Counted from the stretch's first letter, positions 45,383 to 56,511 are shown. The stretch is DNA of 64,000 nt from an uncultured Gemmatimonadales bacterium (GCA_963716255.1 OY970303.1:128001-192000); one strand, 5' to 3'. A program made the numbers and translations. Notes: a model not told the origin generated them from the sequence alone.

Positions 45383-47044
45383 TCAGCGGGAAGCCGGCCG
45401 GCGGAACTCGGCATCGGGGTTCCACGCCGGCAGCGTCGCCGCGTTCGCCAGCCACGTCCCGAAGTCCAGCACGATCTCGGAGAGCTGCACCGCGCCGGAC
45501 AGGTCCCAGTCGGGCCGGTACTCGTCGCCGGGCTGGTGGTAGCGGCGCGTGGTGTACTCCTCCTGCTGCTGCGCCCCCCACCCCGCCGGCCTCCCCACGA
45601 AGTCGTTTCCCGCCCCGATGGACACGGCCGGGATCCCCGCCTTGGCGAAGGAGAAATGGTCGGAGCGGTAGAAGCCGCCGCGCTCCGGGTGCTCGTCCGG
45701 CGAGATCTTCATCCCCGCGGAGCGGATGCGCGCGGCGAGCATGGGCCCCAGGGTGCTCTTGACGTCGCCCAGCACGCGCAGGTCGCTGGAGCGCCCGTTG
45801 AGGTTGCCGCCGTCCACGTTGAGGTTGGCGACGATGCTCGCGACGGGCACCGTGGGGTGCTGCGCGAAGAACTCGGAGCCCAGCAGCCCGGACTCCTCGG
45901 CGGTGACGAAGACGAACAGCTGGGAGCGCCTGGGCTTCTGCGGCGCGGCGGCGGCGACCCGCGCGACGGCCAGCATGTCGGCCACGCCGGAGGCGTTGTC
46001 CAGCGCGCCGTTGTAGATGGAGTCGCCGTTCGCCGCCGGGCCAATGCCCAGGTGGTCCCAGTGCGCGCTGAGGGCCACGTACTCGTCGCGGAGCCGCGGG
46101 TCGCTCCCGCGCACCACGCCCACCACGTTCTCGGACTTGAGGTTCTGCACGGCGCTGCGGAAGCCCACGTCCAGCGTGATGCCGGTGGGCACCGGGCGGA
46201 AGTCGCGCGAGGCGGCGCGCCTCACCAGGTCGTCCAGGCTCAGCCCCGCCTGGCCGAGGAGACCCTTCGCCGCGGTGTCGGTGATCCAGCCGCGGAACTG
46301 GAGCGGCGCGGGGAGCCCGGCGGCGCGCGGCACCATGCGCTGCTCCTTGGCCCACGAGCCCACCACCGTGGGCCAGCCGTAGCCGGCCTGCTCGGTGGTG
46401 TGGACGATGAGCATGCCGGCGGCGCCGCGGCGCTCGGCCTCCTCGAACTTGTAGGTCCAGCGGCCGTAGTAGGTCATCGCCCGGCCGCCGAACAGGTTGG
46501 GCTCGCCCGCGGGGGCGGGCGGGTCGTTGACCAGCACCATCAGGATCTTGCCCCTGAGGTCCACGCCCTTGAAGTCGTCCCAGCGAAACTCGGGGGCGGC
46601 GGCGCCGTAGCCCACGAACACCACCTCGGCGTTTGCCGCGGCGGCCGGCGATGCGGAGCCGGCCCACATCACCACGTCGTCCGGGTAGCGGAGCGCGCCG
46701 CTCGCCTTTCCGCCGGCGCTCACGCGGATGGTGGACGGGTCGGCGCCCACCACGTCGATGGGCACCTCCTGGAAGTAGCTGCCGCTCACGCCGGGCTCCA
46801 CGCCGGACGCGCGCAGCTGCGTGGCGATGTACTCCGCGGCGAGGCGGCCGCCGCGGGTGGCGGGGGCGCGGCCCTCCAGCAGGTCGGAGGAGAGGAAGCG
46901 GATGTGCGCGTCGATCTCCAGCGGCGTGATGCCGGTGCTGCTCGCGGCGGACGAGGCGGCGGCGCGCGGCGTGGCCTGCTGCGCGGCGAGCGGAGCCGCG
47001 CACAGCGCGAGGAGCCCGACGGAGCGGACGAGTGCTTGCTTCAT
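45383..47044 (-). CDS. Secreted M28 family peptidase with PA domain
   Basis: Signal peptide; motifs SAHWDHLG, GALDNASG, AEESGLLGS, RSDHFSF and YHQPGD. Confidence 0.92.
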   Translation of the reverse strand: MKQALVRSVGLLALCAAPLAAQQATPRAAASSAASSTGITPLEIDAHIRFLSSDLLEGRAPATRGGRLAAEYIATQLRASGVEPGVSGSYFQEVPIDVVGADPSTIRVSAGGKASGALRYPDDVVMWAGSASPAAAANAEVVFVGYGAAAPEFRWDDFKGVDLRGKILMVLVNDPPAPAGEPNLFGGRAMTYYGRWTYKFEEAERRGAAGMLIVHTTEQAGYGWPTVVGSWAKEQRMVPRAAGLPAPLQFRGWITDTAAKGLLGQAGLSLDDLVRRAASRDFRPVPTGITLDVGFRSAVQNLKSENVVGVVRGSDPRLRDEYVALSAHWDHLGIGPAANGDSIYNGALDNASGVADMLAVARVAAAAPQKPRRSQLFVFVTAEESGLLGSEFFAQHPTVPVASIVANLNVDGGNLNGRSSDLRVLGDVKSTLGPMLAARIRSAGMKISPDEHPERGGFYRSDHFSFAKAGIPAVSIGAGNDFVGRPAGWGAQQQEEYTTRRYHQPGDEYRPDWDLSGAVQLSEIVLDFGTWLANAATLPAWNPDAEFRRPASR

Positions 47045-47121
47045 GGCGTGGGTGTTCCGGCGTGGTGGGTGGGAACGAATGAGGAGCAAGCTAGGCTGCG
47101 GAAGCGCGCCGCGGAAGCACT

Positions 47122-48243
47122 CTATCTTTTCCACGAGAAGCGCGGCCGCACCCCCCACACCGCCATCGCCGTGAGGTACACCGGCTGGAGCACGAACCAG
47201 AACGGCAGGTACCGCAGCAGCTCCTTCCGCCCGAACCGCCGGCACGCGTGCCCATACAGCAGCACGTCCACCCCCAGCTTCCCCGCCACGGCAGCAGCCC
47301 ACGTCCCCGCCGTCATCCACCCCGCCGCCACCCACAGCAGCCCCAGCGGCAGGTGCAGGTTCGCGTTCAGCGACGCCGCCCCGTACAGCAGCACCCGCCA
47401 GTCCTGCCGGAACGAGCGCATCCCGCTGGACGCCCACCGCGCCCGCTGGTTGCGGAACGCCCGCAGCGTCGGCTCCGGAAAGGTGCTCGCCCGCGCCGCC
47501 GGATCGTCCGCGTAGGCGATGCGCCCCGCGGCAGGCGCGGCGCGCACCAGCTGGAGCATCAGCATGTTGTCGCCGGCGGGGAGGCGCAGCCCCGGCCCGT
47601 AGCCGCCCACCCGCTCGAACGCCTCGCGCCGGTACGCCAGGTTGTGCCCGGTCGCGCCCAGCGGAAAGCCCAGGTTCGCGCTCCCCGCCATGGCCGTGAC
47701 CAGCGTCAGGAACTCGAACGCCTGCACCCGCTCGAAGAGCGTGCTGTCCGGCCCCGCGTGCAGCTCCGAGTAGCCCAGCACCATCGCCACGTCCGGCGCG
47801 AAGGCCCGCGCCATCCCCTCCACCCAGGCGGGGCCCACCCGGCAGTCCGCGTCCGTGAGCAGCACCAGCTCGCCGCGGCCCGCCTCCACCCCCCGCTGGA
47901 GCGCCAGCTTCTTGGGCGCCACGCCGGGCGGGACGCGCTCCTGCCGCACCAGCCGGAAGCGCCCGGGGTGCGCCGCCGCCGCGTCCCGCACCAGCGCCAC
48001 CGTGCCGTCCGTCGAGCGGTCGTCCACCACCACCACCTCGAAGCTCCGGTACGTCTGCGCGGCCAGGTCGCCGAGGAGGCCGGGGAGGCGCGCCTCCTCG
48101 TTGCGCGCCGCCACCACCACCGTGACGAACGGATCGTGCGCAGGCGCGGCCCCGCGCCGGCCGCGCAGTGCCCAGGCGAAGGCGAGCGCGACCCCCGCGT
48201 ACACGGCCAGGTTGGCCCAGGTGAAGACGAGCAGCGAGAGCAA
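47122..48243 (-). CDS. Family 2 glycosyltransferase (membrane)
   Basis: Motifs VVAARNE, DDRSTD, TDAD and QRARW. Start uncertain (TTG 48243). Confidence 0.85.
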   Translation of the reverse strand: MLSLLVFTWANLAVYAGVALAFAWALRGRRGAAPAHDPFVTVVVAARNEEARLPGLLGDLAAQTYRSFEVVVVDDRSTDGTVALVRDAAAAHPGRFRLVRQERVPPGVAPKKLALQRGVEAGRGELVLLTDADCRVGPAWVEGMARAFAPDVAMVLGYSELHAGPDSTLFERVQAFEFLTLVTAMAGSANLGFPLGATGHNLAYRREAFERVGGYGPGLRLPAGDNMLMLQLVRAAPAAGRIAYADDPAARASTFPEPTLRAFRNQRARWASSGMRSFRQDWRVLLYGAASLNANLHLPLGLLWVAAGWMTAGTWAAAVAGKLGVDVLLYGHACRRFGRKELLRYLPFWFVLQPVYLTAMAVWGVRPRFSWKR

Positions 48244-48541
48244 GCGGAGCGCGGTGCGGGTGCGGCGTTCCGGCCGGAGAGGGCGCCTCCGGACGGCGGT
48301 CCGGTGGCGCCGGAAATGCAGCGCCGGAACTGACGTTCCGGGGCGTTGCGAGTCCCGTGCCCGCGGGGTGCACGAAATGGACGGAGGGCCGTGACATCTC
48401 CCCGGTGTGGTGCTACCTTTGCAGCGCACGCAAGGGCGCCTTGTCGCCGCCCCCCGGCAGCGGGGAACCGACACCGAAGCGCCACCCTCCCCCAGCGGGG
48501 ACATGGGCGACCCAACCCGAACGGACGAGCGGACGAACCAC

Positions 48542-49900
48542 ATGGCCGTCACCGAATATTTGAAGACCCATCGCGAGCGACACCTCGCCGAGCTCTTCGA
48601 CTGGCTTCGCATTCCGAGCATCAGCGCGAAGTCCGAGCACCGCGACGACACCCGGCGCGCCGCCGAGTGGCTGGTGGAGCGCATGCTGGAGGCCGGGCTG
48701 CAGACCGCCGAGGCGATCCCCACCGCGGGGCACCCCATCGTGATCGGCGAGTGGCGCGGCGCCCCCGAGGGCGCGCCCACGCTGCTGGTGTACGGCCACT
48801 ACGACGTGCAGCCCCCCGAGCCGCTGGACGAGTGGCTTTCCCCGCCCTTCCAGCCGGAGCTGCGCGACGGCAGGATCTTCGCGCGCGGGTCGGTGGACGA
48901 CAAGGGGCAGGTGTACCTTCACCTCAAGGCGGTGGAGGCCCACATCGCCACCAACGGCTCGCTCCCCGTGAACCTGGTGTTCGTGGTGGAGGGCGAGGAG
49001 GAAGTGGGCTCCCCCAACCTGGAGCTGTTCCTGGTGGAGAACCGCGAGCGCCTGCGCTGCGACTCGGTGATGATCTCCGACACCACCATGTTCGCCGAAG
49101 GGCTCCCCTCGGTGACGGTGGGGCTGCGCGGGCTGGCGTACATGGAGATCCACGTGCAGGGCCCCGCCACCGACCTGCACTCCGGCTCGTACGGCGGCGC
49201 GGTGGTGAACCCCGCCAACGCGCTGGCCAGGATCGTCGCGCGGCTGCACGACGAGCAGGGGCGCGTCACCGTGCCCGGCTTCTACGACGACGTGCGCGAC
49301 CTGGGCGAGGAGGAGCGCGCCGCCGGCCGGCAGCTCCCCTTCGACGAGGAGGAGCTCCGCGTCGAGGTGGGAGCCCCCGCGCTGGGCGGCGAGGCGGGGT
49401 GGACCGCGCTGGAGCGCAAGAGCGCCCGCCCCACCTGCGACGTCAACGGCCTCCTGTCCGGCTACACGGGCGAGGGAGCGAAGACGGTGCTCCCGGCGCG
49501 CGCCATGGCCAAGGTGTCCATGCGGCTGGTGCCCGACCAGGACTTCCACGACATCGAGGAGAAGTTCTCGCGCTACGTCAAGGAGATCGCCCCGCCGGGG
49601 GTGACGGTGAAGGTGGAGGCGCTGCACGGCGGAATGCCGTGGCGCGCCGATCCCAAGGAGCCCATCTTCCAGTCGGCCGCGCGCGCCCTCGAGCGCGCCT
49701 TCGGCCGGGCCCCCGTGTTCTCGCGCGAGGGCGGCTCCATCCCCATCGTGCAGGCCTTCCAGCAGACCTTCGGTGCGCCGGTCGTCCTCCTCGGCTTCGG
49801 GCTGCCGGGGGAGAACGCCCACGCCCCCAACGAGTGGATGTCCGAGGACAACTTCTACCGCGGTGCCGAAGCCATCGCGATCCTCTACGATGAGCTATAA
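48542..49900 (+). CDS. M20 family dipeptidase
   Basis: Motifs YGHYDVQP, RGSVDDKG, EGEEE, DLHSG and HAPNE. Confidence 0.92.
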   Translation: MAVTEYLKTHRERHLAELFDWLRIPSISAKSEHRDDTRRAAEWLVERMLEAGLQTAEAIPTAGHPIVIGEWRGAPEGAPTLLVYGHYDVQPPEPLDEWLSPPFQPELRDGRIFARGSVDDKGQVYLHLKAVEAHIATNGSLPVNLVFVVEGEEEVGSPNLELFLVENRERLRCDSVMISDTTMFAEGLPSVTVGLRGLAYMEIHVQGPATDLHSGSYGGAVVNPANALARIVARLHDEQGRVTVPGFYDDVRDLGEEERAAGRQLPFDEEELRVEVGAPALGGEAGWTALERKSARPTCDVNGLLSGYTGEGAKTVLPARAMAKVSMRLVPDQDFHDIEEKFSRYVKEIAPPGVTVKVEALHGGMPWRADPKEPIFQSAARALERAFGRAPVFSREGGSIPIVQAFQQTFGAPVVLLGFGLPGENAHAPNEWMSEDNFYRGAEAIAILYDEL

Positions 49901-51542
49901 CGAGCACGCCGTCCGCGAGCGCCCGGCACCCTACGTGGGCTCCCCCGAGCAGGAGGCGCGGACGTTCGTCGAGGAGCACACCGCCGTGCTCGCCCCGCTC
50001 CTGCGCGAGTCGCACGTGGCCTCTTGGAACGCGGCGGTGGGCGAGGGCGACGATTCCGAGGAGCGCTCCGCGCGCGCCCGGGCCGCCGTCAAGCACCTGT
50101 ACTCGGACCCGGAGCGGGCGGCGCTGGTGCGCGAATGGCTTGCCTCCGGCGCCGTCCGCGACCCGCTGCTGCGCCGCCAGCTGGTGCTGCTGGACCTGGA
50201 GTACACCGGGAGCCAGCTCCCCGAGGAGACCATCGAGGACCTGGTTCGCCGCAGCGCCTCGCTGGAGCAGACCTTCTACACCTTCCGCGCCTCGCTGGAC
50301 GGGGAGCGCGTGACCAACAACGTGCTGCTGGACGTGCTGCGCGACGAGCGCGACTCCGCCCGGCGGCGCGAGGCGTGGGAGGCAAGCAAGCAGGTGGGGC
50401 GCGAGGTGGCCGAGCCGCTGTGCGAGCTGGTCCGCCGCCGCAACGACGCCGCCCGCTCGCTGGGGTTCGACAACTACTACGTGATGGAGCTGGAGCTGCA
50501 GGAGCTGGACGAGGAGCGCCTCTTCCGCATCCTGGAGGACCTGCGCGAGGAGAGCGACCCCGCCTTCCGCCGGCTCCGCGACGAGATGGACGCTTCCCTC
50601 GCGGAGCGCTACGGCGTCGCGCCGGAGGAGCTGCGCCCCTGGCACTGGGGCGACTTCTTCGGGCAGGAGGTGCCTTCCGTCTCCACGGTGGACCTGGACG
50701 ACATGTTCGGCGGCGTGGACCTGGAGAAGACCGCGGCGGAGTTCTTCCACGGCATCGGCCTGCCGGTGGAGGACGTGCTGCAGCGCAGCGACCTGTACGA
50801 GCGGGAGGGCAAGGACCAGCACGCCTTCTGCATCGACGTGGACCGCGAGGGCGACGTGCGGACGCTGTGCAACCTGCGCCCCAACGAGAAATGGGCGTCC
50901 ACGCTCCTCCACGAGCTGGGGCACGCGGCGTACGACAAGTTTATCCCCCGCACCCTTCCCTTCCTGCTGCGCACCCCCGCCCACACGCTCTCCACCGAGT
51001 CCATCGCCATGTACATGGGGCGGCTCACGCGCAAGCCGGAGTGGCTGCGCGAGGTGGTGGGGGCGGAGCTGGGCGAGGGCGGCGCGGCGGAGATCCGGCG
51101 GCAGCTGCGCGCTGCGATGCTGGTGTCGGCGCGCTGGATCCTGGTGATGGTGCACTTCGAGCGCGAGCTGTACCGCGACCCGGACCGCGCCGACCTGAAC
51201 ACGCTCTGGTGGGACCTGGTGGAGCGGATCCAGTTCATCCGCCGCCCGGAGGGGCGCGACGAGCCGGACTGGGCGGCGAAGATCCACTTCTCCACCGCGC
51301 CGGTCTACTACCACAACTACCTGCTGGGCGAGCTGATGGCGTCGCAGCTCACCGCGTTCCTGGCGCGCGAGGTGCTGCATGGGCGCCGCGGGAGCATCCG
51401 CGGGGTGGAGGCGGTGGGCCGCTTCCTGCGCGAGCGGATCTTCGCTCCGGGGGCGTCGCTGGACTGGAACGAGCTCCTGGTGCAGGCCACCGGCGAGGGG
51501 CTGAACCCGCACTACTTCGTGGAGGAGTTCGTGTCGGCGTAG
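49890..51542 (+). CDS. M2/M3 family zinc metallopeptidase
   Basis: HELGH (HExxH), HAFCID and YYHNY motifs; overlaps the upstream stop. Confidence 0.88.
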   Translation: MSYNEHAVRERPAPYVGSPEQEARTFVEEHTAVLAPLLRESHVASWNAAVGEGDDSEERSARARAAVKHLYSDPERAALVREWLASGAVRDPLLRRQLVLLDLEYTGSQLPEETIEDLVRRSASLEQTFYTFRASLDGERVTNNVLLDVLRDERDSARRREAWEASKQVGREVAEPLCELVRRRNDAARSLGFDNYYVMELELQELDEERLFRILEDLREESDPAFRRLRDEMDASLAERYGVAPEELRPWHWGDFFGQEVPSVSTVDLDDMFGGVDLEKTAAEFFHGIGLPVEDVLQRSDLYEREGKDQHAFCIDVDREGDVRTLCNLRPNEKWASTLLHELGHAAYDKFIPRTLPFLLRTPAHTLSTESIAMYMGRLTRKPEWLREVVGAELGEGGAAEIRRQLRAAMLVSARWILVMVHFERELYRDPDRADLNTLWWDLVERIQFIRRPEGRDEPDWAAKIHFSTAPVYYHNYLLGELMASQLTAFLAREVLHGRRGSIRGVEAVGRFLRERIFAPGASLDWNELLVQATGEGLNPHYFVEEFVSA

Positions 51543-51554
51543 CCGGGTACGGCC

Positions 51555-51689
51555 GGTTCGGGCGTGCCCCCGGCTGGCGCCGGGGTCGGGCTTCGGCTCC
51601 GTAACGCACGAAACAACCGTGCGTAACGGAGTCGAGCCCCGACGATACTGCTGTCGGGTCTCGCCCCTTCGGGCCGAAATCCCTCACGC
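51555..51689 (+). repeat. ~135-bp structured repeat, copy 8
   Basis: Consensus match; hairpin 2 is CCCGAC-GATACTGCT-GTCGGG. Confidence 0.95.
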
Positions 51690-52025
51690 AGCTGCGTGAC
51701 AGAGCCGCCGGGGGCGGCTCGCTGCGCTGCAGCACATCGCCGCCTGCCGGGCAGCCCCGGCATGCGGACGCCTCGCCCGCGTTCCGTCTCCGTAATCCGC
51801 TCGCGCGCAACCGCTTCGGCAGGCCCTGTCTGGTTTCGCGCTCCGGGCGCTGAATCCTGCTCACCGGTCGCGCCGTAGTGGCCCCACCGGACGCACGGAG
51901 CGGTGTATCGCCCGCCGCGCGCCGGTACGCCCCGCACGGGGCTCCTCCCATTCGAGCTACCATCAGAACGGCTGCCGGCAGCAGGTGAAGGCCGCGGCTC
52001 GCCACTTCGACCCGAAGGTCACACG

Positions 52026-54500
52026 ATGAAGCGCATCCTCGTCGCCATGCTGGCGCTCTCCCTGGTGGGGAGCGCCGCGTCCATGCAGGCGCAGACGCCC
52101 GGGCCGGGCGCGCCCGGCGCCCGCCCACCCACGCCCGCCGCCGGGGAGATCCGCGGCACCGTCGTGGACGCCGAGAGCAGCACCCCCGTCGCCGCAGCCT
52201 CGGTGGAGGTGCGCAGCGCGGCCGACTCGTCGCTGGTCACCGGGGCCGTGGCCCGCCCGGACGGCTCCTTCCGGGTGGAGGGGCTGCGCCCGGGGCGCTA
52301 CTTCCTGCGGGTGAGCGCCATCGGCTACACGCCGCTGAGGACGGCGGGGCTCGCGATCGACCCGGCCGCCCCCCGCGCGAGCGCGGGCAGCATCCGCCTG
52401 GCCCGCAGCGCCGTTGCGCTGGAGGGGCTGGTGGTGACCGGGGAGCGCAGCTCGGTCGCGATCGCGCCGGACCGCAACACCTACCGCGCGAGGGACGTGG
52501 CGCCCGCAGGCGGGACCGCCTCCGACGTGCTCCAGGCGGTGCCCTCGGTGGAGGTGGACGGCGACGGCAAGGTGAGCCTTCGCGGCAACGAGAACGTGGC
52601 CGTGCAGATCAACGGGCGCCCGGCCCCCCTCGGGGGCTCGCAGCTCGCCGCCTACCTCAAGCAGCTCCCCGCCGGCATGCTGGACCGCGTGGAGGTGGTG
52701 CCCAACCCGTCGGCCAAGTACGACCCGGAGGGAATGGCGGGGATCATCAACATCGTCCTGAAGCAGAACGTGGACCTGGGCATGAGCGGCGGCCTGCTCC
52801 TGGGCGCGGCCACGGCGGACCGCTACACCGTCTCCGGCAACCTGGGCTACCAGGCCGGGCCGCTCACCGCCTTCCTGACCTACGGCTTCAACTCGGACCA
52901 GCGGGAGTTCCAGGGCGTCAATGACCGGGAGCGCCTGGGCGCGGGCCGCTCGCCGCTCTCCTTCACGGAGCAGGACATCGCGGGCGACAACGGAAACGCC
53001 GGCCACAACCTGACCACCAGCGTGGACTACCGCCTGGGCGAGCGCGACGTGCTCTCCTCGTCGCTCCTCCTCAACCTGCGCGGCGCCACCGACGCCTCCA
53101 CCAGCGAATACAGCGAGTGGAACGCCACGCGCGCCCTGCTGTCGCAGTACGACCGGATCCGCGACTCGGAGACGGACGGCACCATGGTGGACTACACGCT
53201 GGCCTTCAAGCGCACGATGGAGCCGCAGCGCCACGAGCTCGCCACGGAGGTGCGCCTGAACCGCGCCCGGGACGAGGACCGCACGGAGCTGTGGCGGAAC
53301 CCGCTGGACGCCTCCGGCCCGCTGGAGGCGCAGACGGACGCGCTGGACGCCCTCACCTACCAGCTCACGGCCCAGGCCGACTACACGCGCGCCTTCGGGG
53401 AGCGGAGCAAGCTGGAGACGGGATACAAGGGGACGGCGCGGTGGCTGGACCGCGACTTCCGCGTCCTCACGGACTCGCTGGGAACGGGCGCCTGGACGGC
53501 GAGCACCCTGAGCAACGACCTGGAGTTCGACGAGAAGGTGAACGCGGTGTACGGGGTGCTGAGCCACGGGGTGGGCAAGGTGGAGATGCAGGCGGGTCTG
53601 CGGGCGGAGCGCGCCAGCCGCGACTTCTCGCTGTCCGGCGGGGCGAGCTACCCGCACAGCTACACCAGCTTCTTCCCCAGCGCGCTGGCGGCGTACAACC
53701 TGGACGACGCCACGCAGGTGAAGCTCAGCTACTCGCGCCGCATCCGCAGGCCGGGGACGCAGGAGCTGAACCCCTTCCCGGTGTTCATGGACGTGCAGAA
53801 CGTGTTCCTGGGCAACCCCGGGTTGAACCCGGAGTACACGGACGCGGTGGAGCTTGGCTTCCAGCGCTCGGGGCGGCTGGGCTCGGTGCAGGTGTCGCCC
53901 TTCTACCGCCGCACCACGGACGTCATCCGCATCATCGTAAACACGGCGGACTCGGTGGCCGGGCGCGAGGTGACGTCGGTGAGCTTCAAGAACCTGGACA
54001 CGGGGAGCTCCTGGGGCTCGGACGTGAACGGCTCGCTGCGGCTGGGCAAGGCGTTCAGCGGCCTGGCGGGGTTCAACGTGTTCAAGATGGTGACCGAGGG
54101 CACCAGCGGCGTGGCCAGCCTGTCGTCGGACGCGGTCACCTGGTCGGCGCGGGTCAACGGCACCTACAACCTGTCGCCGCGCACTTCGTTCCAGGGGTCG
54201 TACTTCTACCGCGCGCCAATGAACATCGAGGGGGGCCGCTTTGCCAGCTCGTCCATGGCCAACGTCTCCGTCCGGCAGAAGCTGATGGGCGAGAAGGCGA
54301 GCGTCAGCCTGCGCGTGTCGGACCCGTTCGATACCAACCGCTTCCGCGTGGAGGCCGGGAACGACCAGATCTTCCAGCTCACGGAGCGCCGGTTCAACTC
54401 GCGGGCGGTGCACCTCACCTTCCAGTACAACTTCGGGCAGGCACCCAAGATCAGGCAGCGGCCGCAGGAGCAACCGGCGACGCCGGGGTTCCCGGGGTAG
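52026..54500 (+). CDS. TonB-dependent receptor (outer-membrane beta-barrel)
   Basis: Signal peptide; carboxypeptidase-like N-domain; plug motif NPSAKYDPEGMAGIINI; GNPGLNPE; TFQYNFG. Confidence 0.9.
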   Translation: MKRILVAMLALSLVGSAASMQAQTPGPGAPGARPPTPAAGEIRGTVVDAESSTPVAAASVEVRSAADSSLVTGAVARPDGSFRVEGLRPGRYFLRVSAIGYTPLRTAGLAIDPAAPRASAGSIRLARSAVALEGLVVTGERSSVAIAPDRNTYRARDVAPAGGTASDVLQAVPSVEVDGDGKVSLRGNENVAVQINGRPAPLGGSQLAAYLKQLPAGMLDRVEVVPNPSAKYDPEGMAGIINIVLKQNVDLGMSGGLLLGAATADRYTVSGNLGYQAGPLTAFLTYGFNSDQREFQGVNDRERLGAGRSPLSFTEQDIAGDNGNAGHNLTTSVDYRLGERDVLSSSLLLNLRGATDASTSEYSEWNATRALLSQYDRIRDSETDGTMVDYTLAFKRTMEPQRHELATEVRLNRARDEDRTELWRNPLDASGPLEAQTDALDALTYQLTAQADYTRAFGERSKLETGYKGTARWLDRDFRVLTDSLGTGAWTASTLSNDLEFDEKVNAVYGVLSHGVGKVEMQAGLRAERASRDFSLSGGASYPHSYTSFFPSALAAYNLDDATQVKLSYSRRIRRPGTQELNPFPVFMDVQNVFLGNPGLNPEYTDAVELGFQRSGRLGSVQVSPFYRRTTDVIRIIVNTADSVAGREVTSVSFKNLDTGSSWGSDVNGSLRLGKAFSGLAGFNVFKMVTEGTSGVASLSSDAVTWSARVNGTYNLSPRTSFQGSYFYRAPMNIEGGRFASSSMANVSVRQKLMGEKASVSLRVSDPFDTNRFRVEAGNDQIFQLTERRFNSRAVHLTFQYNFGQAPKIRQRPQEQPATPGFPG

Positions 54501-54530
54501 GCGGCGCGGCGGCACCGGCGTAGACGAAGC

Positions 54531-54558
54531 GAGGGGCTCCCGGATCCGGGAGCCCCTC
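54531..54558. terminator. Perfect 28-bp palindrome between convergent genes
   Basis: GAGGGGCTCCCGGATCCGGGAGCCCCTC. Confidence 0.7.
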
Positions 54559-54579
54559 TGCATTAATTGAAGAGGCAAA

Positions 54580-56511
54580 TCAATTATCTAAGGGGCTCCC
54601 ATCTTCAGGGATTTTAGCAAGCCAGCCCCGGACCTGCTCTGCGTTTTCGGTAGCCCCTTCGCGCTCGAGTAGCTTGATTGCTCTCTCCAGAACGTTTCGG
54701 GCGCCCACCTGATCACCCTGTGCGCTGAGAACCCTACCCAGATTACCATACGCCTTCGCCGCTTCCCTCACCCGGCCAAGGCGCCAATTGAGCTGAACCG
54801 ATTTCCGGTGCATCTGCTCTGCACCGTCTAAATCACCGCGCTTCAAGAGTAGAAGACCAAAATTGCGATAGGCATCTGGATTACCGTTCTGAAGGCCGAG
54901 GTGCTCGTTGATCTCCAGTGATTTCCGGTGCATCTGTTCCGCACCGTCAAAATCCCCGCGTGCGTCGAGCACTATCCCAAGATTACCGTAAGCAATTGAC
55001 ATTCCCTCCAGGCCGCCCAGACGTTCATTGATCTCCAAGGACCTACAATACATTTGCTCAGCTGCATCCAGATCCCCGCGAGCGTATAGCACGTTCCCGA
55101 GGCTACCAAAAGTACCTGCCATCCCCTCCTGATCCCCAAGGCGTTCGTTAATCTCCATCGATTTGCGGTGCATTTGCTCTGCCAGGTCTAGGTCTCCTCG
55201 CGAGAGGAGCACAATTCCTAGGTTATCGTAAGCACGCGCTACCCCCTCCATCCAGCCGACGCGTTCATGGAACTCTAGTGCTTTGCGTTGCATCTGCTCC
55301 GCTACCTCCAGATCCCCTCGCGAGAAGAGCACATTCCCTAGATTACCGTAATCGTTCGCCAGCCCGTCAAGGCGGTTTAGGCGCTCATTTATTTCGGTGG
55401 CCTTTCGGTATATCTGCTCCGCCGCGCCCAAATCCCCTCGTATGAAGGCAATGTTACCGAGGTTGGTGTATGCATTCGCCATTCCCGCGACCTCACCTAA
55501 GCGCTCGTTGATCTCCAGGGCGGTACGATACAACTGCTCGGCTGCATCCAGTTCCCCTCGGATTTGGAAAACGTTGCCAAGAGCCATGTTACCCTTCGCC
55601 TGGATGGCTTTTTCGCCCCTCTCCTCCGACAGTTCAATCGCACGGCGGTACAGTTCGGTGGCTTGTGCCAGGCGCCCGTCGCGCTTCAGGAAGAGTCCAT
55701 ATGAGATCAGAACGTCGGGGCCGGCACCACGGACTACGGCTCGCGCAAACAAAGCCTCCGCATCAGTGCGCTTTCCGTTTTCAGCGAGTTGGAGGGCATC
55801 GGCTACAAGATCAGCGTCCGCAATCCTCGGCACCGGCGCCGCAACCTCCCGCGCGCGATCAGTTGCGGAACCAATCTCGGTTGACGGAGTGATTGCGACT
55901 GGCGCTCGGTATGGCTGCTGCCCCTTTTCGTGTACACGCAACCATCTAGCAAGATGCCGCGTCACCTGATCCTCGAACGAACGGAGTTCGTCGAAGTTCT
56001 GGTAAAGATGTTGCTTCGATCCCTCAAGGCTCTTCTTGAATGTCAGCACACCTTGTAGCTGTGGCCCAGGATCACTGAGCTTGTCTGTGGTCACAGCCTT
56101 AAAAAATACAACGATCTGCTGCATTGGCAGATCGGGATCGCGCAGACAATCGAGAGCGAGGTGAAACTCTTCCTCGACACCTGAACTGAAGTGCCCTTCA
56201 GTGTCGGTTGAGCTTCCCCATCGGTCCCACAGCACCAGAACAAAGAAATCACATTCACGGAGTTCCTCGTTGATGAGGTACTGAGGCCGGCCCACCCCTC
56301 CAAGCGTCTCTTCCCATCCGACCGCGTGAAAAATGACGCCGCGGGCGATGGCATCCATCTCGTTGTAACGGCGGAGGGTCTCCCGGAAGGCGTCGCGCTC
56401 CTCATCCAGCCCACCGGGAGAAGCGATGAAGACACGGTAGGCTTTCAGATCAATGGGCAAGGAACACCGGATCCAAGTGAAAGGGAGCGTGCCACGCCGG
56501 CCTTCAGCCAC
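54580..56511 (-). CDS. DUF4062 (TIR-like) + tetratricopeptide-repeat protein
   Basis: VFIASPGGLDEER...GWE...CDFFVLVLWDRWG...SGVEEEF, followed by about 40-aa repeats (YGNLG...RGDL..AEQM.RK.LEINERLG). Visibly more AT-rich. Probable start TTG 56460. Confidence 0.85.
   Translation of the reverse strand: MAEGRRGTLPFTWIRCSLPIDLKAYRVFIASPGGLDEERDAFRETLRRYNEMDAIARGVIFHAVGWEETLGGVGRPQYLINEELRECDFFVLVLWDRWGSSTDTEGHFSSGVEEEFHLALDCLRDPDLPMQQIVVFFKAVTTDKLSDPGPQLQGVLTFKKSLEGSKQHLYQNFDELRSFEDQVTRHLARWLRVHEKGQQPYRAPVAITPSTEIGSATDRAREVAAPVPRIADADLVADALQLAENGKRTDAEALFARAVVRGAGPDVLISYGLFLKRDGRLAQATELYRRAIELSEERGEKAIQAKGNMALGNVFQIRGELDAAEQLYRTALEINERLGEVAGMANAYTNLGNIAFIRGDLGAAEQIYRKATEINERLNRLDGLANDYGNLGNVLFSRGDLEVAEQMQRKALEFHERVGWMEGVARAYDNLGIVLLSRGDLDLAEQMHRKSMEINERLGDQEGMAGTFGSLGNVLYARGDLDAAEQMYCRSLEINERLGGLEGMSIAYGNLGIVLDARGDFDGAEQMHRKSLEINEHLGLQNGNPDAYRNFGLLLLKRGDLDGAEQMHRKSVQLNWRLGRVREAAKAYGNLGRVLSAQGDQVGARNVLERAIKLLEREGATENAEQVRGWLAKIPEDGSPLDN

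Noticed and set aside
51690..52025. Possible riboswitch upstream of TonB receptors (also 25650-25943 and 62490-62654)
   Set aside because: No cobalamin, TPP or other consensus recognised by eye; an Rfam scan would be needed.
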